A DNA stretch of 64,000 nt from Candidatus Accumulibacter regalis. Its GTDB lineage: Bacteria; Pseudomonadota; Gammaproteobacteria; Burkholderiales; Rhodocyclaceae. The translations under genes and the position numbers were made by a program. Positions 53,695 through 62,219 of the stretch are shown here, in pieces (position 1 is the first letter of the stretch; every line of letters starts with the position of its first letter). The DNA lies in assembly GCA_000585075.1 (NCBI GenBank), contig JEMY01000029.1, forward strand, positions 2,616-66,615, in the 5' to 3' direction. Below the pieces are notes generated by a model. It searched no databases. It was not told the origin of the DNA and worked only from the letters and a program-made list of their open reading frames with translations.

Positions 53695-54762
53695 ATGTCA
53701 ACATCTGCTTCTCTGCTCTGGCAGAATCTGCCCGCCGCCGCACTGCTGCAGAGCCCCGATCTTCAGGCTGATTGGAACCGCCTCAACGCCGCCCGCGGTG
53801 ACCTGCCTTTTCTGACCGCGGAGGCGATGATCGCCGCGCTCGACAACTTCGCCGAGGGCCGGGAGAGACTGCTCGTCGGCCGGGACGCTTCGTCCATCGT
53901 CGCCCTGTTTCTCGTCGTGCCGACCGGGAAATACAAGTGGAGTACGTTTCAGGCGTCGCAGATCCCGCTCGGGGCCTGGGTGGCTGAAAGCCGGCTGCCC
54001 CTGCCGGACCTCGCCCGCAGCCTGAGCCGAGGGCCGCTTGGCTTTTGCCTCGCCCTGTCCGTCACCCAGATCGATCCACTGTTTGCGCCACGAGGCGACG
54101 ACGGTGCGGACAGCGAGAACAGCGACTACATCGAAACCGGCTGGATCGACCTGCTCGGCAACTTCGACGACTACTGGAACCTACGCGGCAAGAACCTGCG
54201 CCAGAACATGCGCAAACAACGCAACAAGCTGGCCAACGAAGGCATCGTCGGGCACATGCGCGCGTGGACCTCGGCCGCCGATATCGACGGCGCCATCGAG
54301 CGCTACGGTGTATTGGAGAGTGCCGGCTGGAAGGCCGCTCAAGGCACGGCGATCCACCGCGACAACGCCCAGGGACGCTTCTATGGCGCGCTGCTGAATG
54401 CCGCCGCCGCGCGCGGCGAGGCGGTGGTCTATGAGTATCTCTTCGACGATCGGGTCGTCGCCTCCAACCTCTGCCTGCGCCGCAAGGGGACGCTGGTCGT
54501 CCTCAAGACAACCTACGATGAGAGCATCCAGTCCTACTCACCGGCCTTCCTGCTGTGTCAGGACGAGATGGAACAGCTCTATGCGGAGAAGGCGATCGAG
54601 CGGCTGGAGTACTATGGTCGCCTGATGGACTGGCACACCAAGTGGACGGCAAACAAGCGCACCATCTACCATCTGACGCTCTACCGCTGGCCGCTGCTCA
54701 AGGCGTTTGCCGGATGGCGCCGTCGTCGCCGTGCAGGCGTCGCCGCCGCGAAACACGCTTAG
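53695..54762 (+). CDS. GNAT-fold protein (CelD/BcsL/FemAB-like)
   Basis: FDDYW..RGKNLRQNMRK, ESAGWK, KTTYDE, SPAFLL. Confidence 0.78.
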   Translation: MSTSASLLWQNLPAAALLQSPDLQADWNRLNAARGDLPFLTAEAMIAALDNFAEGRERLLVGRDASSIVALFLVVPTGKYKWSTFQASQIPLGAWVAESRLPLPDLARSLSRGPLGFCLALSVTQIDPLFAPRGDDGADSENSDYIETGWIDLLGNFDDYWNLRGKNLRQNMRKQRNKLANEGIVGHMRAWTSAADIDGAIERYGVLESAGWKAAQGTAIHRDNAQGRFYGALLNAAAARGEAVVYEYLFDDRVVASNLCLRRKGTLVVLKTTYDESIQSYSPAFLLCQDEMEQLYAEKAIERLEYYGRLMDWHTKWTANKRTIYHLTLYRWPLLKAFAGWRRRRRAGVAAAKHA

Positions 54763-54925
54763 CGCGCCTTGTACGCCGCGTCGCCGCCACGCGCGGTACC
54801 GACGCCGCCACTCTGCGTGCGGCCGGGCGAGAATCTGTGAGACGATGAGCGGCAAGGACGCGCACGGTCGCACGGCCGATCGTGGATAGAAGCGGCCTCG
54901 GCCGACAATCGAAAGCGAGCGCACC

Positions 54926-56089
54926 ATGGACCTGAGTTTCGATGAGTTGTCCAAGCCCGTCCGCCACCTGCTCCTGGTCGACGACGAGGAAAGCATCCTG
55001 CGCTCCTTGCGGCGCATGCTGCGTCGCGACGGCTATGTCATTCATGTCGCCCTCGGCGGTGAGGAGGGGCTGGCCGTGCTGGAGAGGGAACCGGTCGGGG
55101 TAATCGTCACCGACCAGCGCATGCCGGGGATGACCGGCTCGCAGTTCCTGAGCAAGGTCAAGGAGAAGTATCCCGACACCATCCGCATCGTCCTCTCCGG
55201 ATACACCGAGCTGAACTCGATCACCGACGCGATCAACAGCGGCGCCATCTACAAGTTCCTGACCAAGCCCTGGGATGACGAGCTTCTGCGCGAGCACCTT
55301 GCGGACGCCTTCGAGCACTACGAACTGAAGAACGAGAACGCCCGCGTTTCGACGCTGAACCGAGCCATCATCGACGCCATTCCCGACGCCCTGCTGCTCG
55401 TCGATGTGCGCCGGCGCGTCATCGTTGCCGCCAACTCCGCAGCCAGCACGCTGCTCGGCTACGCAGCGCCGGGATCGGCCGGGTCACCGGAGCTGGCCGG
55501 CACGGCGATCGGCGAAATCGAGGTCCTGCCGGTAGACCTGTGCTACTGGGACGAAATCACTGGCGGCACTTTCCGGCCGCTACAAGGGCTTGAAACCGAA
55601 TATCAGCATCGCGACGGGAGCCTGCTCCCGGTACGCAAGTCGACGTCGAACGCCGCCGATGGCCAACACCCGTACGTGCTCGTGCTGGCGCACGACCTGC
55701 GCCACGAACGGACCATCGAGTCGTCACTGGAAAGACTGAACGCCGAGATGGCGTCGGTTCTCGAGGCAACATCGGAGGGTTTGCTGGTCCTCGATGCCGG
55801 ACGCCGGCTGGCGCGCATCAATCGCCGACTGAAAAACCTCTGGTCGCTGCCGGAAGACCTGCTCTCAGCCACCGGCGGCGAAGCCATCCTGCGCTGGATT
55901 GCGGCACAGGCGACGACACCGGTCGAGACGACGGCCGAGCTTTTCGCGCATTTCCTGGCCCCGGCCGCTCGCCTCAGTGGCATTTTCGAGCGACAGAACG
56001 GGGAAAGCTGCCACTGGCACGCGTCCCCGCAACTACGCGATGACGAAGTGATTGGCCATATTTTCTGTTTCGCGGTCGCTCCGCCGTAG
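54926..56089 (+). CDS. Response regulator REC-PAS-PAS with no recognisable output domain
   Basis: LLLVDD...VTDQRMP...LSGY...KFLTKPW followed by two PAS-like segments. Confidence 0.82.
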   Translation: MDLSFDELSKPVRHLLLVDDEESILRSLRRMLRRDGYVIHVALGGEEGLAVLEREPVGVIVTDQRMPGMTGSQFLSKVKEKYPDTIRIVLSGYTELNSITDAINSGAIYKFLTKPWDDELLREHLADAFEHYELKNENARVSTLNRAIIDAIPDALLLVDVRRRVIVAANSAASTLLGYAAPGSAGSPELAGTAIGEIEVLPVDLCYWDEITGGTFRPLQGLETEYQHRDGSLLPVRKSTSNAADGQHPYVLVLAHDLRHERTIESSLERLNAEMASVLEATSEGLLVLDAGRRLARINRRLKNLWSLPEDLLSATGGEAILRWIAAQATTPVETTAELFAHFLAPAARLSGIFERQNGESCHWHASPQLRDDEVIGHIFCFAVAPP

Positions 56090-56123
56090 GTCCGCGAAGC
56101 GAGAACGAGGCCCGCCGAGGACG

Positions 56124-57389
56124 CTAATCAGCGCGCGCCTCATCGCCAAAAAAGTACGCCACGCGCTTTCGCGGACTGAGATACTCGTGCACCGGCGGTG
56201 GCAGGTTGACGGCCCGCAAGGCTTTGCTGATGCTGATCTGCGGCAGCTCCTCAAGGTCGAGGATAAGCGCCTCTGCCTTCGGGATCTGCGGGTCGTAAAC
56301 CAGGAGCATGGGCCGCAAGGGCCGCGCCGCATTCACCGAGATGACCATCGCCGTCTCGCCGCTGGAAAGCTGCACGATGCTTCCGGGCGGGTACACGCCG
56401 AGAACGTGCACCAGCTTGGCGAGCATGGCGCCGTCAAACCAGTTCCGCTTCCTGGCGAACATCGTGGACAGCGCCTCGTAGGGAGTGACGACAGCCGCCG
56501 CCTGGGCCGGATTACAGAGATGGTCATAGTGATTGACAATGGCAATGACGCGCGCCACCGGGCCTATTTTCTCGCCCGCCAGGCGATTGGGGTAACCCGA
56601 GCCGTCCAGATGTTCGTGATGCTGGAGGATGGCGAGGGCCACTTCCTGTGGCAAGCCGCTGCGTAGCGCCAGCTTGGCGCCAGCCTCGCAATGCTGGCGC
56701 AGAAGCGCTTCTTCCGCCACCGTCAAGGCTTCGTTCTTGAGGCGCACCCGGGGCGCCAGGTCGGCCATGCCCACGTCGTGAAAAATGGCGGCCACCCCGA
56801 TCGTCTGCAAGGCCCCTGCATCGAGCCCCATTGCCTTGCCGAGAATCAGCGCCAGGACCGCGACGTTGAGCGAGTGGTAATAGACCTCGTCGCCTATGCC
56901 CTTGTCACCGAGCAGATGAACCATCGTCGCACTGTTGCCGAGCAGCGATTCGGCAATTCCAGCAATCAGCGTGCCGATCTGTTCGATCGCCTTGCCGGGT
57001 TCGGAACGGAACTGCCGGGTCGCTTGACGAGCGCTGCGCGCGGCGGCTGCAGCCTCCTTTTCCGCGTTGGCAATCCTCGAACGCAGGACGCGATCGCGCT
57101 CGCTGCGCAGCTCCTGGTCGGTTCGCGTCAGCCCCTCGAACGCTGTTTCCGGGGTGGGCACCGGCGGCACTTGCGGCGGCTCGGCCTCGACTGGCAAGAC
57201 GGGACCCTTGCCCCGCGCGGGATCGATCCTGATCCTGTCGAGGCCCAGACCGCGCAGGGTCGCCAACTGATCATCGCTTTGAATGAGGAAGCTGCTGAAG
57301 CTGAAGGGATGCTGGAGCCACGACAGGTCGAGGATCACGAACATGCCGATAGCAAGCTGCTCAGGTTCTACGAACACGCGCTCGTCCAT
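56124..57389 (-). CDS. HD-GYP phosphodiesterase with N-terminal DUF3391-like domain
   Basis: QLAIGMFV...W..HPF, HSLNVA, FHDVG, HHEHLDGSGYP, GVYPPGS. Confidence 0.9.
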   Translation of the reverse strand: MDERVFVEPEQLAIGMFVILDLSWLQHPFSFSSFLIQSDDQLATLRGLGLDRIRIDPARGKGPVLPVEAEPPQVPPVPTPETAFEGLTRTDQELRSERDRVLRSRIANAEKEAAAAARSARQATRQFRSEPGKAIEQIGTLIAGIAESLLGNSATMVHLLGDKGIGDEVYYHSLNVAVLALILGKAMGLDAGALQTIGVAAIFHDVGMADLAPRVRLKNEALTVAEEALLRQHCEAGAKLALRSGLPQEVALAILQHHEHLDGSGYPNRLAGEKIGPVARVIAIVNHYDHLCNPAQAAAVVTPYEALSTMFARKRNWFDGAMLAKLVHVLGVYPPGSIVQLSSGETAMVISVNAARPLRPMLLVYDPQIPKAEALILDLEELPQISISKALRAVNLPPPVHEYLSPRKRVAYFFGDEARAD

Positions 57390-57704
57390 ATGAGATTGGC
57401 CCTCACCCCGATGGTACGAACGATACTCCGTCGGAGCCTGGCTGAGAAAACTATTGTCGATCGCGCGGCGCGAAAACAATCAGCCATTGGCAAGACAGAG
57501 TCGTCGCATGGTGCGGAGAGAGGGTCACGCGGGAGGTACAAAAAAGACCTCGCCAACGCGCTCAGCCGCGTCCGGAATGAGGTAGAGTACCGCGTTGAAG
57601 AACGCAACCAGACGGCCTTCTGCCGGAACGGGGCCGCATCGGCGCACAGTTTGCTCCGCCCTTCCTCGACCAGCGGGCCAAGGCCCAGGTGCTCAAGCGC
57701 GACG

Positions 57705-59024
57705 ATGACCGAACAGACCTCGCCCACCCCCCCCCAGACACTGCTCCTGGTCGACGACGAACCTTCGATCCTCAGTGCCTTGCGGCGACTCTTCCGCCCC
57801 TGCGGCTATCGCATCCTGACCTCCGAAAGTGGCGCCGGAGGACTCGAACTGCTGGCCAAGGAAGACGTCGATCTGGTGATTTCCGACATGCGCATGCCGG
57901 AAATGGATGGCGCCCAGTTCCTGGAGCAGGTGCGTACCGGCTGGCCGCGCATCATCCGCATTCTCCTGACCGGCTACGCCGACATCACCTCGACCGTCAA
58001 CGCCATCAACAAGGGCGAGATCTACCGCTACGTTTCCAAGCCCTGGGACGACCACGATATCGTGCTGATGGTGCGTGATGCTCTGCAAAGCCAGCGTCTG
58101 CGGAGTGAAAACGCGCGTCTGCTGGCCTTGACCCAGAACCAGAACGAAGAGCTCAAAGCGCTCAACAGCAGCCTCGAGGCGCGGGTCCAGGAACGCACCG
58201 CAGAACTTGAGCAGGTCAATGGCTTCCTCAACCTTGCCAACGACACGCTCAAGCAGAGTTTCCTGGTCTCGATCAAGGTCTTCTCGACACTCCTCGAACT
58301 GCGCGAGGGGTCGGCCGGCGGACACGCCCGCCGCGTCGCCGACCTGTCGCGCAAACTGGCCATCCAGTTGGAACTGGACGCCAAGGCGCAGCAGGATATC
58401 TTCATCGCCGGCCTCCTCCACGACATCGGCAAGATCGGCTTTTCCGACGCCATGTTCGCCAAGCCGGTCCCCAAATTGACTTCGGAAGAGTTGTCACGTT
58501 ACCGCAAGCACAGTATCGCGGGGGCCAGCGCGCTGCTGCCGCTCGCCGATCTGAAAAGCGCTGCGGACCTGATCCGCGCGCATCACGAGCGTTTCGACGG
58601 GCAGGGTTTTCCCGATGCCCTGCAGGGCCTTGGCATTCCGCTTGGCGCGCGCATCCTGGCCGTGGCCAACGACTACGATGGCTTGCAGATCGGCACGCTG
58701 TCGGAAAAGCGCTTCACTGCCGACGACGCCAGGATGCTGTTGGTCAAATCGCGAGGCAAACGCTATTGCCCGACGGTCGTCGACGCCCTGGTCGAACTTC
58801 TTGGCCGACCGCGGGACGAAGCCGGACAGGAGAAAGAGGTTCCGGTCGACCAGCTCAAGATCGGCATGGTCCTCGCCCGCGATCTACTCGCCCGTGACGG
58901 CGCCTTGCTGCTGGCTACCGACTACGTTCTCGACGCCACCCTGGTGCGCGAGATCCAGGCCTACGCCAAACGGGAAAGCCTGCCCCTGGTACTGCACGTC
59001 CGCAACCATAGCAAGCAGCGTTAG
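57705..59024 (+). CDS. Response regulator REC-HD-GYP
   Basis: VISDMRMP, LLTGY, YVSKPW; GHARRV, LLHDIGK, HHERFDGQGFP. Confidence 0.9.
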   Translation: MTEQTSPTPPQTLLLVDDEPSILSALRRLFRPCGYRILTSESGAGGLELLAKEDVDLVISDMRMPEMDGAQFLEQVRTGWPRIIRILLTGYADITSTVNAINKGEIYRYVSKPWDDHDIVLMVRDALQSQRLRSENARLLALTQNQNEELKALNSSLEARVQERTAELEQVNGFLNLANDTLKQSFLVSIKVFSTLLELREGSAGGHARRVADLSRKLAIQLELDAKAQQDIFIAGLLHDIGKIGFSDAMFAKPVPKLTSEELSRYRKHSIAGASALLPLADLKSAADLIRAHHERFDGQGFPDALQGLGIPLGARILAVANDYDGLQIGTLSEKRFTADDARMLLVKSRGKRYCPTVVDALVELLGRPRDEAGQEKEVPVDQLKIGMVLARDLLARDGALLLATDYVLDATLVREIQAYAKRESLPLVLHVRNHSKQR

Positions 59025-59044
59025 CTTCCGGGAGGAGCTTAGCA

Positions 59045-59611
59045 ATGCCTCGTATCCTGATCGTCGACGACGAAGACAACATCCTCAAATCGTTGCGGCG
59101 CCTGCTGGCCATGACCCCATGTACGGCGGGCGGCAAGATATACCCGCTGATTGTGGATACCTGCGCTGACCCGCTCCAGGCCCTGGAAAACGCTTTCGGC
59201 ACACCTTACGACCTGGTGCTTTCCGACTTCCGCATGCCGGGCATGGACGGCGTCGCCTTTCTCAAGGAGTTCCGCGAGCTGCAACCGAATGCCGCCCGCC
59301 TGATCCTGTCCGGCTACGCCGACCTCAATGGGCTGATCGCGGCGATCAACGAGGCAGGCATCCTGCGCTTCATCGCCAAGCCGTGGAACGACTACGAACT
59401 GGTGACGACGATCGCCCAGGCCCTGGCCTTGCAGGAGCTGCAGAACGAAACCCAGAAAATCGCCGACGAAGCGCGACTGCGCCAGGGCCGGCTCAGCCCG
59501 GAGGACTTCGAGCGTCAGCGCCTGGAAGCACTCGAACCGGGCATCACCCGCGTGCACTGGGGGCCGGACGGTTCGGTGATGCTCGACCCCGACGCGTTGA
59601 ACAAGGATTGA
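59045..59611 (+). CDS. Response regulator receiver protein with short C-terminal extension
   Basis: ILIVDD, VLSDFRMP, ILSGY, FIAKPW. Confidence 0.88.
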   Translation: MPRILIVDDEDNILKSLRRLLAMTPCTAGGKIYPLIVDTCADPLQALENAFGTPYDLVLSDFRMPGMDGVAFLKEFRELQPNAARLILSGYADLNGLIAAINEAGILRFIAKPWNDYELVTTIAQALALQELQNETQKIADEARLRQGRLSPEDFERQRLEALEPGITRVHWGPDGSVMLDPDALNKD

Positions 59612-59897
59612 GGCTCCCGCTCGCTCGCCGGAACGCCCGCGGCCACGCGCCCGGGGATGGAAGTCTGCCTGTCTTTGCCGTGCCGCCGGGCGCGAGCCAT
59701 TGCTCCCTGCCGCTGGCCACCACGAATGGCGGCGCAGGCGCTCGTCGCCGCTGCTTCCAAAAGTGCACAGGCGCGCGCGATTAGGGCGTATGGTGCGGGT
59801 TTCACGGTCGGCACGGTGCGAGCTGACGGATTTCAGTGCGCGGCGATGAGCCCAGTACGGCCGCCGCAAGCCTGGCGAAGGGGGCAATGAGGTTGCA

Positions 59898-61115
59898 GTG
59901 GGCGGATTGGTGAGCATTGCGGACCAGAATCGGTCATTTCTGGCCTTGCTGGCGGCGAGGGAAAGCGAGGATCTTGGCCTTGCGCTGAGCGCATTGCTAG
60001 GCTCTCCGGTGGCTGTGCAGGATCTCTCCGGAAGCGTGATTTTCGGCAGCCTCGACCTGCCTGCGCAGGGCCGCGTGACGCTGCGTCTCGAACAGCAGCC
60101 GATAGGCTATCTGCAAGCGCCACTGGCCGAGCCGGCGCTGTGCAACGCCGCCGCGCGACTGATCGAGACGCTTTTGCGCGCGCTCGCGCGTGGCCGGGCC
60201 GAAGCAGCCAGACCCACCGCCGACAAGCACGCGCGGCTTCAAGCAGAGTCGCCGCAAGACATCGCGCCGGAGGACTTGCAGGCGCAATACAAAGCGCTTT
60301 CCGAGCAGTTCGACGCCCGTGTCGCGGCCGAGGTGAAACTGAGCGACGAGCGGCAGCGCCAGTCCTATCAGGCTGAGCGCCTGGCGTCGGTGGGTGCCCT
60401 CGCTGCCGGCGTCGCGCACGAAATCAACAATCCGATCGCCTTCGTGCGCAGCAACCTGAGCACTGCCGAGACCTACCTCGTCAAGCTGGACGATCTCGCC
60501 ATTGCGGTCAAGAACCTGCCGGGTGGCGAAGCGATCCTGGCCAGCACGGACACCGAGTTCACGCTCGAGGATTTCACTGCGCTGCTGCGCGACAGCATCG
60601 TCGGCGTCGATCGGGTGGCGCGCATCGTCAACGACCTCAAGGGCTTCTCGAACGTCGACAAGCCGCAGGAGGACGTCGTCGATATCAACGCCCTCCTCAG
60701 TACCGCGTGCAAAATGGCCGAAAAGAAGCTGCCGCCTGGCGCGACTCTGATCTGCGAGTTGGGGGAACTGAAACCTCTGCTGTGCCTTCCCGGCCATCTT
60801 TCGCAAGCCTTTCTCGCAGTACTCAGTAACGCCGCGCAAGCCATCGAAGGCAAGGGAAGCGAAGGTGAGCTGCACGTCTGCAGCCGCTTCGACGGCCGGC
60901 AGGTGATCATCGAGGTGCGCGACAACGGCGTCGGCATTGAAGAAAGCGCCCTGCCGCGCGTCTTCGATCCCTTCTATACCACCCGCGCAGTCGGCAAGGG
61001 AACGGGGCTGGGGCTGACGGTGGCGCGCGACATCGTGCGCGCCCACGGTGGCGAGATCGAGTTCGACAGCCTTCCGGCCACCGGGACGAAGGTCACCATG
61101 ACCCTCCCGGATTGA
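59898..61115 (+). CDS. Soluble sensor histidine kinase
   Basis: GVAHEINNP H-box, DNGVGI, FDPFYTT, GKGTGLGL; no TM segment; start uncertain (GTG 59898 or 59910). Confidence 0.88.
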   Translation: MGGLVSIADQNRSFLALLAARESEDLGLALSALLGSPVAVQDLSGSVIFGSLDLPAQGRVTLRLEQQPIGYLQAPLAEPALCNAAARLIETLLRALARGRAEAARPTADKHARLQAESPQDIAPEDLQAQYKALSEQFDARVAAEVKLSDERQRQSYQAERLASVGALAAGVAHEINNPIAFVRSNLSTAETYLVKLDDLAIAVKNLPGGEAILASTDTEFTLEDFTALLRDSIVGVDRVARIVNDLKGFSNVDKPQEDVVDINALLSTACKMAEKKLPPGATLICELGELKPLLCLPGHLSQAFLAVLSNAAQAIEGKGSEGELHVCSRFDGRQVIIEVRDNGVGIEESALPRVFDPFYTTRAVGKGTGLGLTVARDIVRAHGGEIEFDSLPATGTKVTMTLPD

Positions 61116-61242
61116 CCCAGCCACAGCGCCAAAAGGAGAGCAGGGAACTTTCCGCATTCGCGGACGAAGCGCCGCTGTCGGGTCCTGGATGACGATCAAG
61201 TCACCGGGCAAGCAATGCAAGCGACTATGACAAGGAGGGAGG

Positions 61243-61611
61243 ATGTCGGTTTCAGTTCTCGTCGTCGATGATTCGGCGATGGCCCGCAAGATGCTCATTC
61301 GAGCGCTACCGCCGGATTGGGACATCACCGTTACGCAAGCCTCGAATGGCGCCGAAGCCCTCGCGCATTACCGGCAGGGAGTGGTCGACGTCATGTTCCT
61401 GGACTTGACCATGCCGGAGATGGACGGCTATCAGGTCCTCGAAACCCTCCGCCGCGAGGACCTGAATTGTCTGGTCATTGTCGTCTCGGCGGACATCCAG
61501 GAAGCGGCCCAGGCGCGCGTCCGGGCGATGGGCGCCATCGCCTTCATCAAGAAACCGGTCGACGCCGAACGCATCAAGGCGGTACTCAAGGAATACGGGC
61601 TGCTGGTATGA
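61243..61611 (+). CDS. Single-domain (CheY-like) response regulator
   Basis: VLVVDDS, MFLDLTMP, VVSADIQ, FIKKP; GGAGG RBS. Confidence 0.92.
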   Translation: MSVSVLVVDDSAMARKMLIRALPPDWDITVTQASNGAEALAHYRQGVVDVMFLDLTMPEMDGYQVLETLRREDLNCLVIVVSADIQEAAQARVRAMGAIAFIKKPVDAERIKAVLKEYGLLV

Positions 61612-62219
61612 CTATCGAGTTCATCAGCGAGGAGCAGCGCGAGGCCTTGCAGGAAGTCGCCAATATCGGCATGGGCCAGGCCGGCGCATCGATCGCCAAG
61701 GTTCTCGGCGAGTTCGTCGAACTGTCGGTGCCGCAGATCAGCGCCGTGGGCGCAGCCGGGATACCTGCTGCCCTGGCCGCCCTGGCCGGCGACGGCATCG
61801 CTTCGGCCGTACGCCAGGCGTTCATTGGCGAGCTGCGTGGCGAGGCGATCGTCATCTTTGCCGAGCACTCGGCAGACGACCTCGCCGCGCTGCTCGCCTA
61901 CGGCGACGCCCTGGATGGTCCGGCCAGCCGCGAGCTGCTGCTCGACATCAGCAACGTTCTCGTCGGCGCCTGCCTCGGCGGAATTGCCGAACTGCTGCGC
62001 ACCACGATCGGTTTTTCGGCGCCCTCCCTGCTTGCCGACCAGGTGGCCAGCAGCCAACTGCTGCGGGCGGACGGGATTTCCGCGCGCTGCGCGCTGCTCG
62101 TCGAAGTGCGCTTTGGAATCGAGAAGCGCGTCTTCCGCTGCCACCTGGTGATGCTCATGCCGGACGACGCGGTTGCCGCCCTGCGGCGGGCGCTTGACCG
62201 CTTTGTCGAGGAACTCTGA
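61608..62219 (+). CDS. CheC-like phosphatase-family protein
   Basis: EALQEVANIGMGQA (E-x2-N), VELSVP, ELLLDISNVLVGAC; ATGA overlap with the upstream REC gene. Confidence 0.85.
   Translation: MTIEFISEEQREALQEVANIGMGQAGASIAKVLGEFVELSVPQISAVGAAGIPAALAALAGDGIASAVRQAFIGELRGEAIVIFAEHSADDLAALLAYGDALDGPASRELLLDISNVLVGACLGGIAELLRTTIGFSAPSLLADQVASSQLLRADGISARCALLVEVRFGIEKRVFRCHLVMLMPDDAVAALRRALDRFVEEL

Noticed and set aside
56691-57389. 5' half of the 777-aa ORF 56691-59024
   Set aside because: Overlaps the real HD-GYP gene on the opposite strand; recognisable protein starts at 57705
57390-57704. c-di-GMP riboswitch between the two HD-GYP genes
   Set aside because: No GEMM-I (GCAAA...GAAA...GACGCAAAG) or class II consensus visible
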